Part shown: in pieces, positions 8,633-16,796 of the stretch
Layout of the letters: each line of letters begins with the position of its first letter
Position numbering within the stretch: position 1 is the first letter of the stretch
NCBI GenBank assembly: GCA_963781585.1
Contig: CAWAGQ010000016.1
Coordinates: forward strand, 1-64,000
DNA from: an uncultured Gemmatimonadaceae bacterium
GTDB lineage: Bacteria; Gemmatimonadota; Gemmatimonadetes; Gemmatimonadales; Gemmatimonadaceae
Length of the DNA stretch: 64,000 nucleotides
Direction: 5' to 3'
Notes under the pieces: model-generated
Database searches by the model: none
What the model saw: only the letters and a program-made list of their open reading frames with translations
Told to the model about the DNA's origin: nothing
Translations under genes and position numbers: made by a program

Positions 8633-9427
8633 TTACTTCATTCGCGCCTTCATGTCATCACCCCAGATCGCCCTGGGGTCGTCGCCTACAAACAGGTACA
8701 CGTGCGCCATCCAGCCGAACAGGCGGGAGATGAAGCGCCCGCCCGCTGTGTCGCACGCGGAACGGGTGGTAATGCGCAGCCATCTGGCCACCGCCGCGCC
8801 ATCGACCTTCTGCCGTCCCGCGCGCACGTCGTCGGGCCAGGGGCCGCAGAAGTTCACGTGCTCGTGCCAGTGCGCCATGCCTGACGGGAGACGCGCGTCC
8901 AGTTCCTCCGGCGTGGCATCCGGAGGCGCCGTGTACATCGCGCCGACCAGGACCAGTTTCCCCTTCGCATCGCGGCGGTAGAGCAGCGACGTGGGATGCA
9001 TGGGGTCCATGACGTACCCGGCCGCGTAGGCGTGCTGGTAGTTGGTGTAATGATAGATCGGCTGTGGCTCCACGTTAGGCAGGAAGCGGACGTACCCATC
9101 GGCCTCCGCAAGCCGGACGTCCCGGTACTTCGCCAGAGCCTGCCTGGCCACGCGTACGAGCTCGGCGGCCCGGGCCGAATCGGCCCGCGTGGCGGCGCGA
9201 CGCGGCGCCATGTGCATGTGCGCGTTCTCGTCGCTCAGCAGTTCCCGGATGGCCGCCGCGAGCTCCGGACTGTGCTCGCTCCCGAGGGCGTCCAGCGCCC
9301 CGATACGTCCGCTCAGCCGGCTGGAATCGCGCCCCAGGGTGACCACCTGGGCGCGGACGACCGACGCCGAAACCGTCAGGGCTGCGGCAACAACGCCGAG
9401 AAGGCGGGAAATCGCGGGTCGGGGCAA
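8633..9427 (-). CDS. Secreted His/Met-rich hypothetical protein
   Basis: Signal peptide ending VRA|Q; HMHM, YHY, PTSLLY, HWHEHVNFC and WMAHVY motifs. Confidence 0.7.
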   Translation of the reverse strand: MPRPAISRLLGVVAAALTVSASVVRAQVVTLGRDSSRLSGRIGALDALGSEHSPELAAAIRELLSDENAHMHMAPRRAATRADSARAAELVRVARQALAKYRDVRLAEADGYVRFLPNVEPQPIYHYTNYQHAYAAGYVMDPMHPTSLLYRRDAKGKLVLVGAMYTAPPDATPEELDARLPSGMAHWHEHVNFCGPWPDDVRAGRQKVDGAAVARWLRITTRSACDTAGGRFISRLFGWMAHVYLFVGDDPRAIWGDDMKARMK

Positions 9428-9682
9428 TGGGATGGCGGTCGCGATGTGGTCGTCGGGGCGCTGGGACCTGAACGGACGTCGCCCTCGCCGGGACGGCGCC
9501 GTCGAGAGGCCGCGCCGGGTGCGCGCGACGACACTACCTACTCAGCGGTCCTGCCTCCGGTTCCGTACCAGTCGAGAGGGCGCTTCGCGCCGACAAGCCA
9601 CGCCCCTTGCGGCGAGCAACCGCGCGGCGAAACATAACGTGCCCCCATTCGGCGATGCCCCATCGCTCCGGAGGAATGATGT

Positions 9683-9717
9683 CTGAAAGGTCAGAGGCCA
9701 AAGGCCACACGCCACCG
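9683..9717. repeat. Degenerate 7-bp tandem repeat (GCCACAG-like, 5 units)
   Basis: CTGAAAG GTCAGAG GCCAAAG GCCACAC GCCACCG; reverse complement resembles (CTGTGGC)3 at 37637. Confidence 0.5.
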
Positions 9718-9720
9718 GCC

Positions 9721-12700
9721 ATGCGGAACAGACCGGGGACACGCACCTGGCGCGCCCGGCTCCTCTCGCGCTTGGCTGAATGCGCGCGGGCGCGGCTCGT
9801 CGTTGCGGCCTGTGTCCTCGGCGCCCTTGCGCAGACCGGCGTGGCGCAAGCTCCCGTGCCGGCGACCAGCTACTCCCATCTCCAGTGGCGCTACATCGGC
9901 CCGGTCGGCAACCGCGTCGCGTCGGTGGCCGGCGTCATCGGTGACCCGCAGGTCTACTACGCGGGCGCGGCGTCGGGCGGCATCTGGAAGACCACCGACG
10001 GCGGGACTCACTGGGAGCCCATCTTCGACGACCAGGACGTTTCGTCGATCGGCGCGCTCGCCGTCGCGACGTCCAATCCCGGCATCGTGTGGGCAGGAAC
10101 GGGAGAACCGTGGATCCGCAGCCACATCTCGATCGGCAACGGGGTCTACAAGTCCACCGACGCCGGTGATACATGGACACGAATGGGGCTCGAAGCGACC
10201 GGCCGCATCGGGCGCATCGTCATCCATCCGACCAATCCGGACATCGTCTTCATCGCCGCCCAGGGACACAGCTATGGACCGCAGGAAGAGCGCGGCGTGT
10301 ATCGCACGAAGGACGGTGGCCGCACCTGGGAGCGGGTACTGTTCGTCGATCAGAACACCGGGGCGATCGACGTCGTTATGCATCCCACCGATCCCAACAC
10401 CCTGTTCGCGGCGACCTGGCAACTCAAGATCCACACCTGGGGTCGCGAGAGCGGCGGTCCGGGGAGCGCCATCTGGGTCACCCACGATGGCGGCGACCAC
10501 TGGACCCGGCTCTCCGGCCATGGGCTCCCGACACACACGCTGGGCAAGATCGGATTGGCCATCGCCCATTCCGACCCGAACCGTGTGTATGCGCTCATCG
10601 AGACCGGCGACGGCGTTCCACTGCACGGACAACCGACGGACAACGGCGAGCTCTGGCGTTCGGATGACGGCGGCCAGAACTGGAAGGTCGTGAGCTACGA
10701 CCGCGATCTGGGGTGCCGCCAGCCGTACTACACGCGCGTCACGGTGTCCACCGACAACCCCGATGAAGCCTATTTCCTCTGCGCCACGTTCAGCCGGACG
10801 ATGGATGGCGGGGTGACCGCCGCCGCCGGCGCGCGCGGCGGAGGGCGCGGCGGCCGCGCCGGGGGCGGCGGTGGGGGTGGGCGCGGCAGGGGCGGCCGGG
10901 GCGCGACCGCGGGGCCGCCCATGACGGCGCCCGGTGGCGACAACCATGACATGTGGATCGACCCCACCAACGCGGCGCGCATGATCGTGGGCGACGACGC
11001 CGGCGTGCAGATCTCGACCACGCGCGCGCGCACCTGGCTCCACGTCCAGCTTCCGATCGCCCAGATCTATCACGTCACGGTGGACAATCGCATTCCGTAT
11101 TACGTCTACGGAAACAAGCAGGACGGGCCGTCGTACCGCGGTCCGAGCAACAGCCGCTCCGGCGGCGGTATTTCCCGGAGCGAGTGGTACAACGTGGACG
11201 GCGGAGAGAGCGGCTGGGCCACCCCCGATCCCGTCGACACGAACCTCGTCTGGTCCACGGCGTCCGGATCCGGGAGCCGGGGCGGCATCGTGGTCCGGTT
11301 CGACACGCGCACCCGCAGCTCGCAGAACGTGGAAGTCTGGCCGCTCAGCACTGGCGGCTATCCGGCGGCCGAGGTCCGGTACCGCTTCGTGTGGGACGCG
11401 CCGTTCACCATCTCCCCGCACGATCACAACCGGATCTACACCGGCAGCCAGTTCGTCCACATGAGCGCCGACGGCGGCCGGTCCTGGCAGACCATCAGTC
11501 CCGACCTCACCCGCAACGACAAGAGCAAGCAGCAGATCTCCGGCGGTCTCACGCCTGACGACATCGGTGTGGAATACGGCGACGTGGTGTACGCGATCGC
11601 CGAATCTCCCGTGAAGGCCGGCCTGATCTGGGTGGGCACCAACGATGGCCTGGTGCAGTTGACCCAGGACGCCGGGAAATCCTGGACCAATGTGAGCGCC
11701 AACATCCCCGGCATGCCCGCCTGGGGATCGGTGCGCCATGTGGAACCGTCGCACTATGACGCCGGCACCGCATACATCATCTGCGACGCGCACCAGGAGA
11801 ACAACCGCGATCCCTGGATCTACAAGACCAGCGACTATGGGAAGACCTGGAGACTGATCGTGAACGGCATCCCCAGGAGTCCGCTGAGTTACGCGCACAT
11901 CATTCGCGAGGATCCGGTGCGTCGTGGGCTGCTTTACGCCGGCACCGAAAACGCGCTCTACGTCTCGTGGGACGACGGCGACCACTGGCAGCCGCTCCAG
12001 ATGAATCTTCCGCACGCCCCGGTGTACGGCATGGTGATCCAGGAACACTTCAACGACCTGGTCATCGCCACCTACGGCCGCGGCTTCTGGATTCTGGACG
12101 ATCTGTCGCCGCTGCAGAAGATGACGCCCGAGATTGCGGCATCGAACGGGTACCTGTTTGCGCCGAGACCGGCCTACCGCTTCGGCGACTACAACGGCAA
12201 TGTCTCGGGCAGCGATGATCCGACGGCGGGACAGAATCCGCCATACGGCGCGGACATCAACTACTGGCTCAGGAGCGCTCCACAGTCGGCACCGACCATC
12301 ACCATCCTCGATGCGTCGGGCAAGACCATCCGGACCGAGCAGGGCCCTCGTCAGGCAGGACTCAACCGGACGTACTGGGACCTGCGCAACGAGTCCACCA
12401 GGGCGCCGCGTCTGCGCACCAAGCCGCTCTACGACGAGGCGTTCGAGCTGGACCGGGACGGCACGCGCAGTGCACCGGGATTCGGTTCGGTCTCGGTCCT
12501 CATGCCGCCGGGCCGCTACACCGTTCGGCTCACCGTCGATGGGCAGTCGTTCACGCAGCCGCTCGAGGTCCTCAAGGATCCGAATTCCCTCGTGTCCGAC
12601 CAGGACATCGCTGCCTCGACGCAGCTTCTGCTCACCATGCAGAACGACCTCAACGCGACGGCTGACATGGTGAATACGATCGAGAGCGTCCGCTCGCAGA

Positions 12701-13080
12701 TTGTCGGTCTGAGTGCCCAGCTCGCCGGCGACCGCGCCAACGCCGCCGTGCGCACGCGCGGCGACTCGCTGGAGCAGAAGTTCATGACCCTCGAACAGAA
12801 GCTGCAGGATCTCAGGCAGACCGGTCAGGGTCAGGACGCTGTCCGCTGGCCGGTGCGCCTCGGCGGCCAGCTCAGCTATCTGGCGAGCAACATCGGTTCG
12901 TCGGACTTCGCCCCGACGTCGCAACAGGGAGGGGTCCACCAGCTGCTTCAGACACAGGTGAAAGACAACCGTGCGGCGCTGGAGCAGCTCATGAACCGCG
13001 ACCTGGCAGCGTTCAACAGCCTGCTCAAGGCGCGAGGACTCAAGACGATCGACGCCGAGTTGCCCAAAGTGGTATTCTGA
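9721..13080 (+). CDS. Secreted VPS10/BNR-repeat beta-propeller glycosyl hydrolase-like protein
   Basis: WRYIGP..NR start; many Asp-box repeats (TTDGGTHW, STDAGDTW, SDDGGQNW, SADGGRSW); coiled-coil C-terminus; start uncertain (9676-9721). Confidence 0.88.
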   Translation: MRNRPGTRTWRARLLSRLAECARARLVVAACVLGALAQTGVAQAPVPATSYSHLQWRYIGPVGNRVASVAGVIGDPQVYYAGAASGGIWKTTDGGTHWEPIFDDQDVSSIGALAVATSNPGIVWAGTGEPWIRSHISIGNGVYKSTDAGDTWTRMGLEATGRIGRIVIHPTNPDIVFIAAQGHSYGPQEERGVYRTKDGGRTWERVLFVDQNTGAIDVVMHPTDPNTLFAATWQLKIHTWGRESGGPGSAIWVTHDGGDHWTRLSGHGLPTHTLGKIGLAIAHSDPNRVYALIETGDGVPLHGQPTDNGELWRSDDGGQNWKVVSYDRDLGCRQPYYTRVTVSTDNPDEAYFLCATFSRTMDGGVTAAAGARGGGRGGRAGGGGGGGRGRGGRGATAGPPMTAPGGDNHDMWIDPTNAARMIVGDDAGVQISTTRARTWLHVQLPIAQIYHVTVDNRIPYYVYGNKQDGPSYRGPSNSRSGGGISRSEWYNVDGGESGWATPDPVDTNLVWSTASGSGSRGGIVVRFDTRTRSSQNVEVWPLSTGGYPAAEVRYRFVWDAPFTISPHDHNRIYTGSQFVHMSADGGRSWQTISPDLTRNDKSKQQISGGLTPDDIGVEYGDVVYAIAESPVKAGLIWVGTNDGLVQLTQDAGKSWTNVSANIPGMPAWGSVRHVEPSHYDAGTAYIICDAHQENNRDPWIYKTSDYGKTWRLIVNGIPRSPLSYAHIIREDPVRRGLLYAGTENALYVSWDDGDHWQPLQMNLPHAPVYGMVIQEHFNDLVIATYGRGFWILDDLSPLQKMTPEIAASNGYLFAPRPAYRFGDYNGNVSGSDDPTAGQNPPYGADINYWLRSAPQSAPTITILDASGKTIRTEQGPRQAGLNRTYWDLRNESTRAPRLRTKPLYDEAFELDRDGTRSAPGFGSVSVLMPPGRYTVRLTVDGQSFTQPLEVLKDPNSLVSDQDIAASTQLLLTMQNDLNATADMVNTIESVRSQIVGLSAQLAGDRANAAVRTRGDSLEQKFMTLEQKLQDLRQTGQGQDAVRWPVRLGGQLSYLASNIGSSDFAPTSQQGGVHQLLQTQVKDNRAALEQLMNRDLAAFNSLLKARGLKTIDAELPKVVF

Positions 13081-13121
13081 GAACAGTCGTCCCCGGTTTC
13101 GATTCCCGGAGGGGTTTCCAC

Positions 13122-13754
13122 ATGTCTCGCTCGTTCGAATTGCTCACCGCACTGGTGATCGCCGCCGCGCCGGCGGCAACCTCCGCCCAGGGAGCTGCAT
13201 CACACGCCACCCTCGGCATCTACGGCGGCTATGTCCGCTCTTCGCTCAATGGTCCGGATGTACCGGGACCGCTTCACAAGAACGGCTTCGTCGGCGGCGT
13301 CTCGCTCCAGTGGAACGTGGCATCACGGTTTGCGTTCCAGCCCGAGGTACAGTTCATCCAGAAGGGGAACCGTGAGGTCGTGCAGTACAGCGGAGGCGAA
13401 TACGGGATGCGCATCCGCCTCAACTACGTCGAGGTGCCGCTGCTCGCGCGCGTGAGCGGCCCCCTGATGGGCGGGAAGATCACCCCATTCCTGATCGGTG
13501 GCCCCGAGCTGGCCTTCAGGGCCGGCTGCGGCGTCACCGTGTACGGCCTCCCGGGATCGTACGTGTGCGACGACCTGCCACAGGCCGAGTCGGTCGACTA
13601 TGGCCTGATCGGCGGCGGCGGCCTCGATGTGCTTCTTGCGGGGCGTCACTTCGCGATCTCGGCTCGCTACGATCAGGGTCTGAAGGACGTGTTCAAAGGG
13701 AACGATCCGAAGAACCGTGCGCTCAGTATCGTCCTGGGTGTACCGTTGAGATGA
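13122..13754 (+). CDS. Outer-membrane beta-barrel (porin family) protein
   Basis: Signal peptide; FQPEVQFIQKG, LNYVEVPLL and ARYDQGL motifs; GGAGGGG RBS. Confidence 0.85.
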   Translation: MSRSFELLTALVIAAAPAATSAQGAASHATLGIYGGYVRSSLNGPDVPGPLHKNGFVGGVSLQWNVASRFAFQPEVQFIQKGNREVVQYSGGEYGMRIRLNYVEVPLLARVSGPLMGGKITPFLIGGPELAFRAGCGVTVYGLPGSYVCDDLPQAESVDYGLIGGGGLDVLLAGRHFAISARYDQGLKDVFKGNDPKNRALSIVLGVPLR

Positions 13755-14326
13755 CCGGCGTGCGGCTCTGACATCGAGCTGCGTGGTGAGCGGTTGCGGA
13801 TCGGTGCCGGCGGGTTCGCGCGCGCCGGCTCGACCTCGGCGCGCGCGAACAGCGAACCGGGAAGTCGAGCCGTGGCGCCGATTTTCAGGGGCGGGACCGC
13901 GCAGATGGGACATGGCCCCATCCTTGGCGTACGTCCGTAGGTGACCGTGACTGGACCAAGCACGACAAGTGTGTGCTCCACCGTGTCGTTCACTGCGACG
14001 GTGAGCGTCAGCGTTCCCGCCACGATCACGCCGGCAAGCTGGGCAGGCATTGTCGGACCAACCGCGATCGGATATGCGCGGAGCAGGTACTCCCCCGGCA
14101 CGCTGAAGCGCCCGTTCTGATCCAGGGGCACCGGTGCAGGGAAATTCCCGTACGTGCATCCCATGTGCACGTGCGCGACGGCGTCGTTGACGATGACCGC
14201 GGCGTTGTCCCCTCCCCACGTTCCGGGTGAGAGTCGATTGGTGAATGGAGGAAGGACCGGGCCACTGGTACCGCACGCGCCTCCAAGGGTCAGCAGGGCC
14301 GCAGGGACCAGCCACCATGCTCGCAT
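13673..14326 (-). CDS. Hypothetical lipoprotein
   Basis: MRAWWLVPAALLTLGGA|C lipobox; GTWGG...HMGC...GPCPIC; low-complexity tail overlaps the porin 3' end. Confidence 0.6.
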   Translation of the reverse strand: MRAWWLVPAALLTLGGACGTSGPVLPPFTNRLSPGTWGGDNAAVIVNDAVAHVHMGCTYGNFPAPVPLDQNGRFSVPGEYLLRAYPIAVGPTMPAQLAGVIVAGTLTLTVAVNDTVEHTLVVLGPVTVTYGRTPRMGPCPICAVPPLKIGATARLPGSLFARAEVEPARANPPAPIRNRSPRSSMSEPHAGHLNGTPRTILSARFFGSFPLNTSFRP

Positions 14327-14543
14327 CCGGGCTCCCAATGGAGAATGCATGGCCGATCGCGTCCGCTGAGCCGCTCGAATGGCAGGGGCATGGTCAGCGC
14401 TCGACGCGCTTCGCGCGCGCGTCTGTGAATCACGCGAGGACACCGTGGCGACGACCATCGCTGAGGAAGACACCGGGCTGGCGCCATGCCCCTCACTCCG
14501 GCCGGCGGGGCAGCCCGATCGGCTGCCGCCTTTCAGTGCGTCG

Positions 14544-15245
14544 TCAGAGGTGTTGTAGCGGCGTTTCGCCCGGGTCCTCGCGCTTTTCCGCCTGTCGCTC
14601 CCACGACTTCTGCACCATCTCCTTGGACCCGAGTCCCACGGCCAGCGACAGGGCCAGCACGATGCCGCCGAAGAGAATGCCAAACGCGAGGGTGAGGACC
14701 TCGCCGCCGATGCTCAGGTGGTTGAGCGCCATGGTGGCGGCGAGCACCAGAACCAGCCATTTCACGCCGACGCTGAGCAGTTTGGCCGACCGGATCTGCA
14801 TGTTGACCGCACCGATCAGGACGCTGCGGCCGAGGAAGCGCGCCACCAGCCCTCCGATCAGCAGCAGCAGGATGGCCACGAAGACGTTAGGCAGGTACTC
14901 GAGCAGGCGGCCCACGATCATCGACATCTCGCTGGGCGCGATGGCGGCCAGTCCCACCAGCAGCCCCAGGAAGACGACCACCCAGAATACGACCTGACCG
15001 ACCAGCCGGGCCGGGCTCCGCGCCGGGGAGAAGTCGGCGAGCACGCCGAACCCGAGTCGCTCCAGGCGTTCGTCGAAGCGCACACCACGCAAGGCCCTGC
15101 TCAGTAGCGCCCGTACGACCCATCCCAACAGCGCTGCCACCAGCAACGCCACCAGCAGGGCCACCACCCCCGGCAGGACGCTCGCCACGCCGGTGAGCAT
15201 TCGACTCGCCGACTGGCGGAGCGCGTCATTGACCTGGCTCCACAT
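14544..15245 (-). CDS. Small mechanosensitive channel-like TM-helix protein (no MscS cytoplasmic cage)
   Basis: Repeated YLPN/LPG-x-helix units; AFGILFGGIVLALSLAVGLG motif; GGAGGAAGG RBS. Confidence 0.85.
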   Translation of the reverse strand: MWSQVNDALRQSASRMLTGVASVLPGVVALLVALLVAALLGWVVRALLSRALRGVRFDERLERLGFGVLADFSPARSPARLVGQVVFWVVVFLGLLVGLAAIAPSEMSMIVGRLLEYLPNVFVAILLLLIGGLVARFLGRSVLIGAVNMQIRSAKLLSVGVKWLVLVLAATMALNHLSIGGEVLTLAFGILFGGIVLALSLAVGLGSKEMVQKSWERQAEKREDPGETPLQHL

Positions 15246-15275
15246 ACCTTCCTCCTCGCCGCCCGATCGAACGGA

Positions 15276-16571
15276 TCAGGGGCTGAATCGGTCCGGCCAC
15301 CGCCAGCGCGAAATCAAGTAAGGTTTCTCCGCCTCGAACCGCAAGCAGAGTCGGTCCAGCCGCTCCTCGGACTCGGCGAACGTCGCCGTCTGCGTCTCGC
15401 TGACGAAAGACGCAACCCATCCCGAGAAGAGCGGCGCGAACGCGGCCAGCAGATGATCGCGGCTGAGACGCCGCTCGTGAAAGGCCGCCGAGAAGTCGTA
15501 CACGAGCCGGGCCCACAACTCGTCGGGGATGCGGAAGACGGAATCGTCGAGGCCGGCCAGCCGGTGCAGGTCGAGCAGCGTCCGCGGCGGCAGCACCAGC
15601 TGCCAGATCTCGCCGAGGTTCTTCTGCCCCAGGCGAAACGACTCGACCCCGTGCCTAACGTCAACGGTCACCGCCGACTCGTCGCCGGCGGCCACCCCGC
15701 CGAACATCCGCACCGGTTCCGATCCGCGTACTTTCTGCCAGACCGCCTGCCAGCGCTCCACGCCCTGATAGAGCGCGCTGAGTACCTTCGCGACCGCCTC
15801 GCTGGGGTCGGCGCCGGTATCCTTCCACCCCTGGCGCTTCACGCCCATCATCGCTTCACCGACCCGCGCGCCCTCGCAAATCGCCCGCGTGGCCAGCCAG
15901 ATGTCCACGCTCGACTTCACTTCATCGGTCTGCCAGGCGGGATCCGGCAGGCACTTGTCGATGAATCGCATCGCGCAGGCGAAGTCGCCGCCGATCGGAT
16001 AGCGCACCCGTTTTCCGTACAGCGCGCGCACCAGCGGATACGCCACGCCGTTGTTGATGGCGCCGCCAAAGCGCGGGCGAAGGTAGTACGGTGCCACCAG
16101 ATCGTAGTCCCGCTCCAGAATCGGGGACACGAGCCCGTGCAGCCAACCGGGCGCGAAGTGCGCGACATCCACGTCCACCACTGCGCACACCTTCGCGCCC
16201 ACGCGTCGCGCTTCGGTGAACACCGCGCGCACCGCATTGCCCTTGGCCGGTACCCCGCGGTAGGGACCGCCCAGCTTGTCGACGGCGTCGAGTGGATACG
16301 TGAGCGAGACCAGCGACACTCCGGGGGTCTGGAGTTCGGCCACCCGCTCCACGGTTCCGTCGCTGGACCCGCCATCCGCATGCACGATCGTACAGGTCGC
16401 GCTGCCGAGATACTCGGCACAGGCCGCCTGTACCGCCGCCACCGCCTCCCGGATGCTGTCCACGTTGTTATAAGTAGGCATGCCGACAACCACGTCAGCC
16501 GCTTTCACCTCCACGGCCGCCACCGCAGTGCCCTGCGGCTCGGAGGGCGTCGCCACGTTCGTCATCTCCAT
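15276..16571 (-). CDS. GT-A glycosyltransferase, glucosylglycerate/mannosylglycerate synthase-like (possibly degenerate)
   Basis: VVVGMPTYNN, ADGGSSDGT, KGNA, VDVD, YPLVRALYG, PIGGDF and DIW motifs. Confidence 0.8.
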   Translation of the reverse strand: MEMTNVATPSEPQGTAVAAVEVKAADVVVGMPTYNNVDSIREAVAAVQAACAEYLGSATCTIVHADGGSSDGTVERVAELQTPGVSLVSLTYPLDAVDKLGGPYRGVPAKGNAVRAVFTEARRVGAKVCAVVDVDVAHFAPGWLHGLVSPILERDYDLVAPYYLRPRFGGAINNGVAYPLVRALYGKRVRYPIGGDFACAMRFIDKCLPDPAWQTDEVKSSVDIWLATRAICEGARVGEAMMGVKRQGWKDTGADPSEAVAKVLSALYQGVERWQAVWQKVRGSEPVRMFGGVAAGDESAVTVDVRHGVESFRLGQKNLGEIWQLVLPPRTLLDLHRLAGLDDSVFRIPDELWARLVYDFSAAFHERRLSRDHLLAAFAPLFSGWVASFVSETQTATFAESEERLDRLCLRFEAEKPYLISRWRWPDRFSP

Positions 16572-16796
16572 TCGCTTGGGTACCGCAGACGGAGCATCGA
16601 CAGTGGGGTTTGGGCGGAAGATCCCGGTTGCAGCAGCCTCCTCGCCTCCGGAGACGGCCGAAGGACGCATGGCGACGTTCGCGTTCAGACATTATCGAAT
16701 CGCGCGCGCAGGTGCCACCAGCCCCGCGCGGCCACCATTCGCCGACCGACCGCAACCGGCAGCGGGATCGCGGTCTCGCGCCCTGCGAACGCTCTG

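Noticed and set aside
9691..12939. 1082-aa antisense ORF (similar ones at 19413-21611, 46557-48227, 58428-59855, 4128-5438)
   Set aside because: Shadow ORFs opposite well-supported genes; expected from GC3 bias; no recognisable motifs
15453..16796. 448-aa N-terminal extension of TreZ suggesting a fusion
   Set aside because: It is the antisense of the glycosyltransferase gene; TreZ similarity starts at 16797
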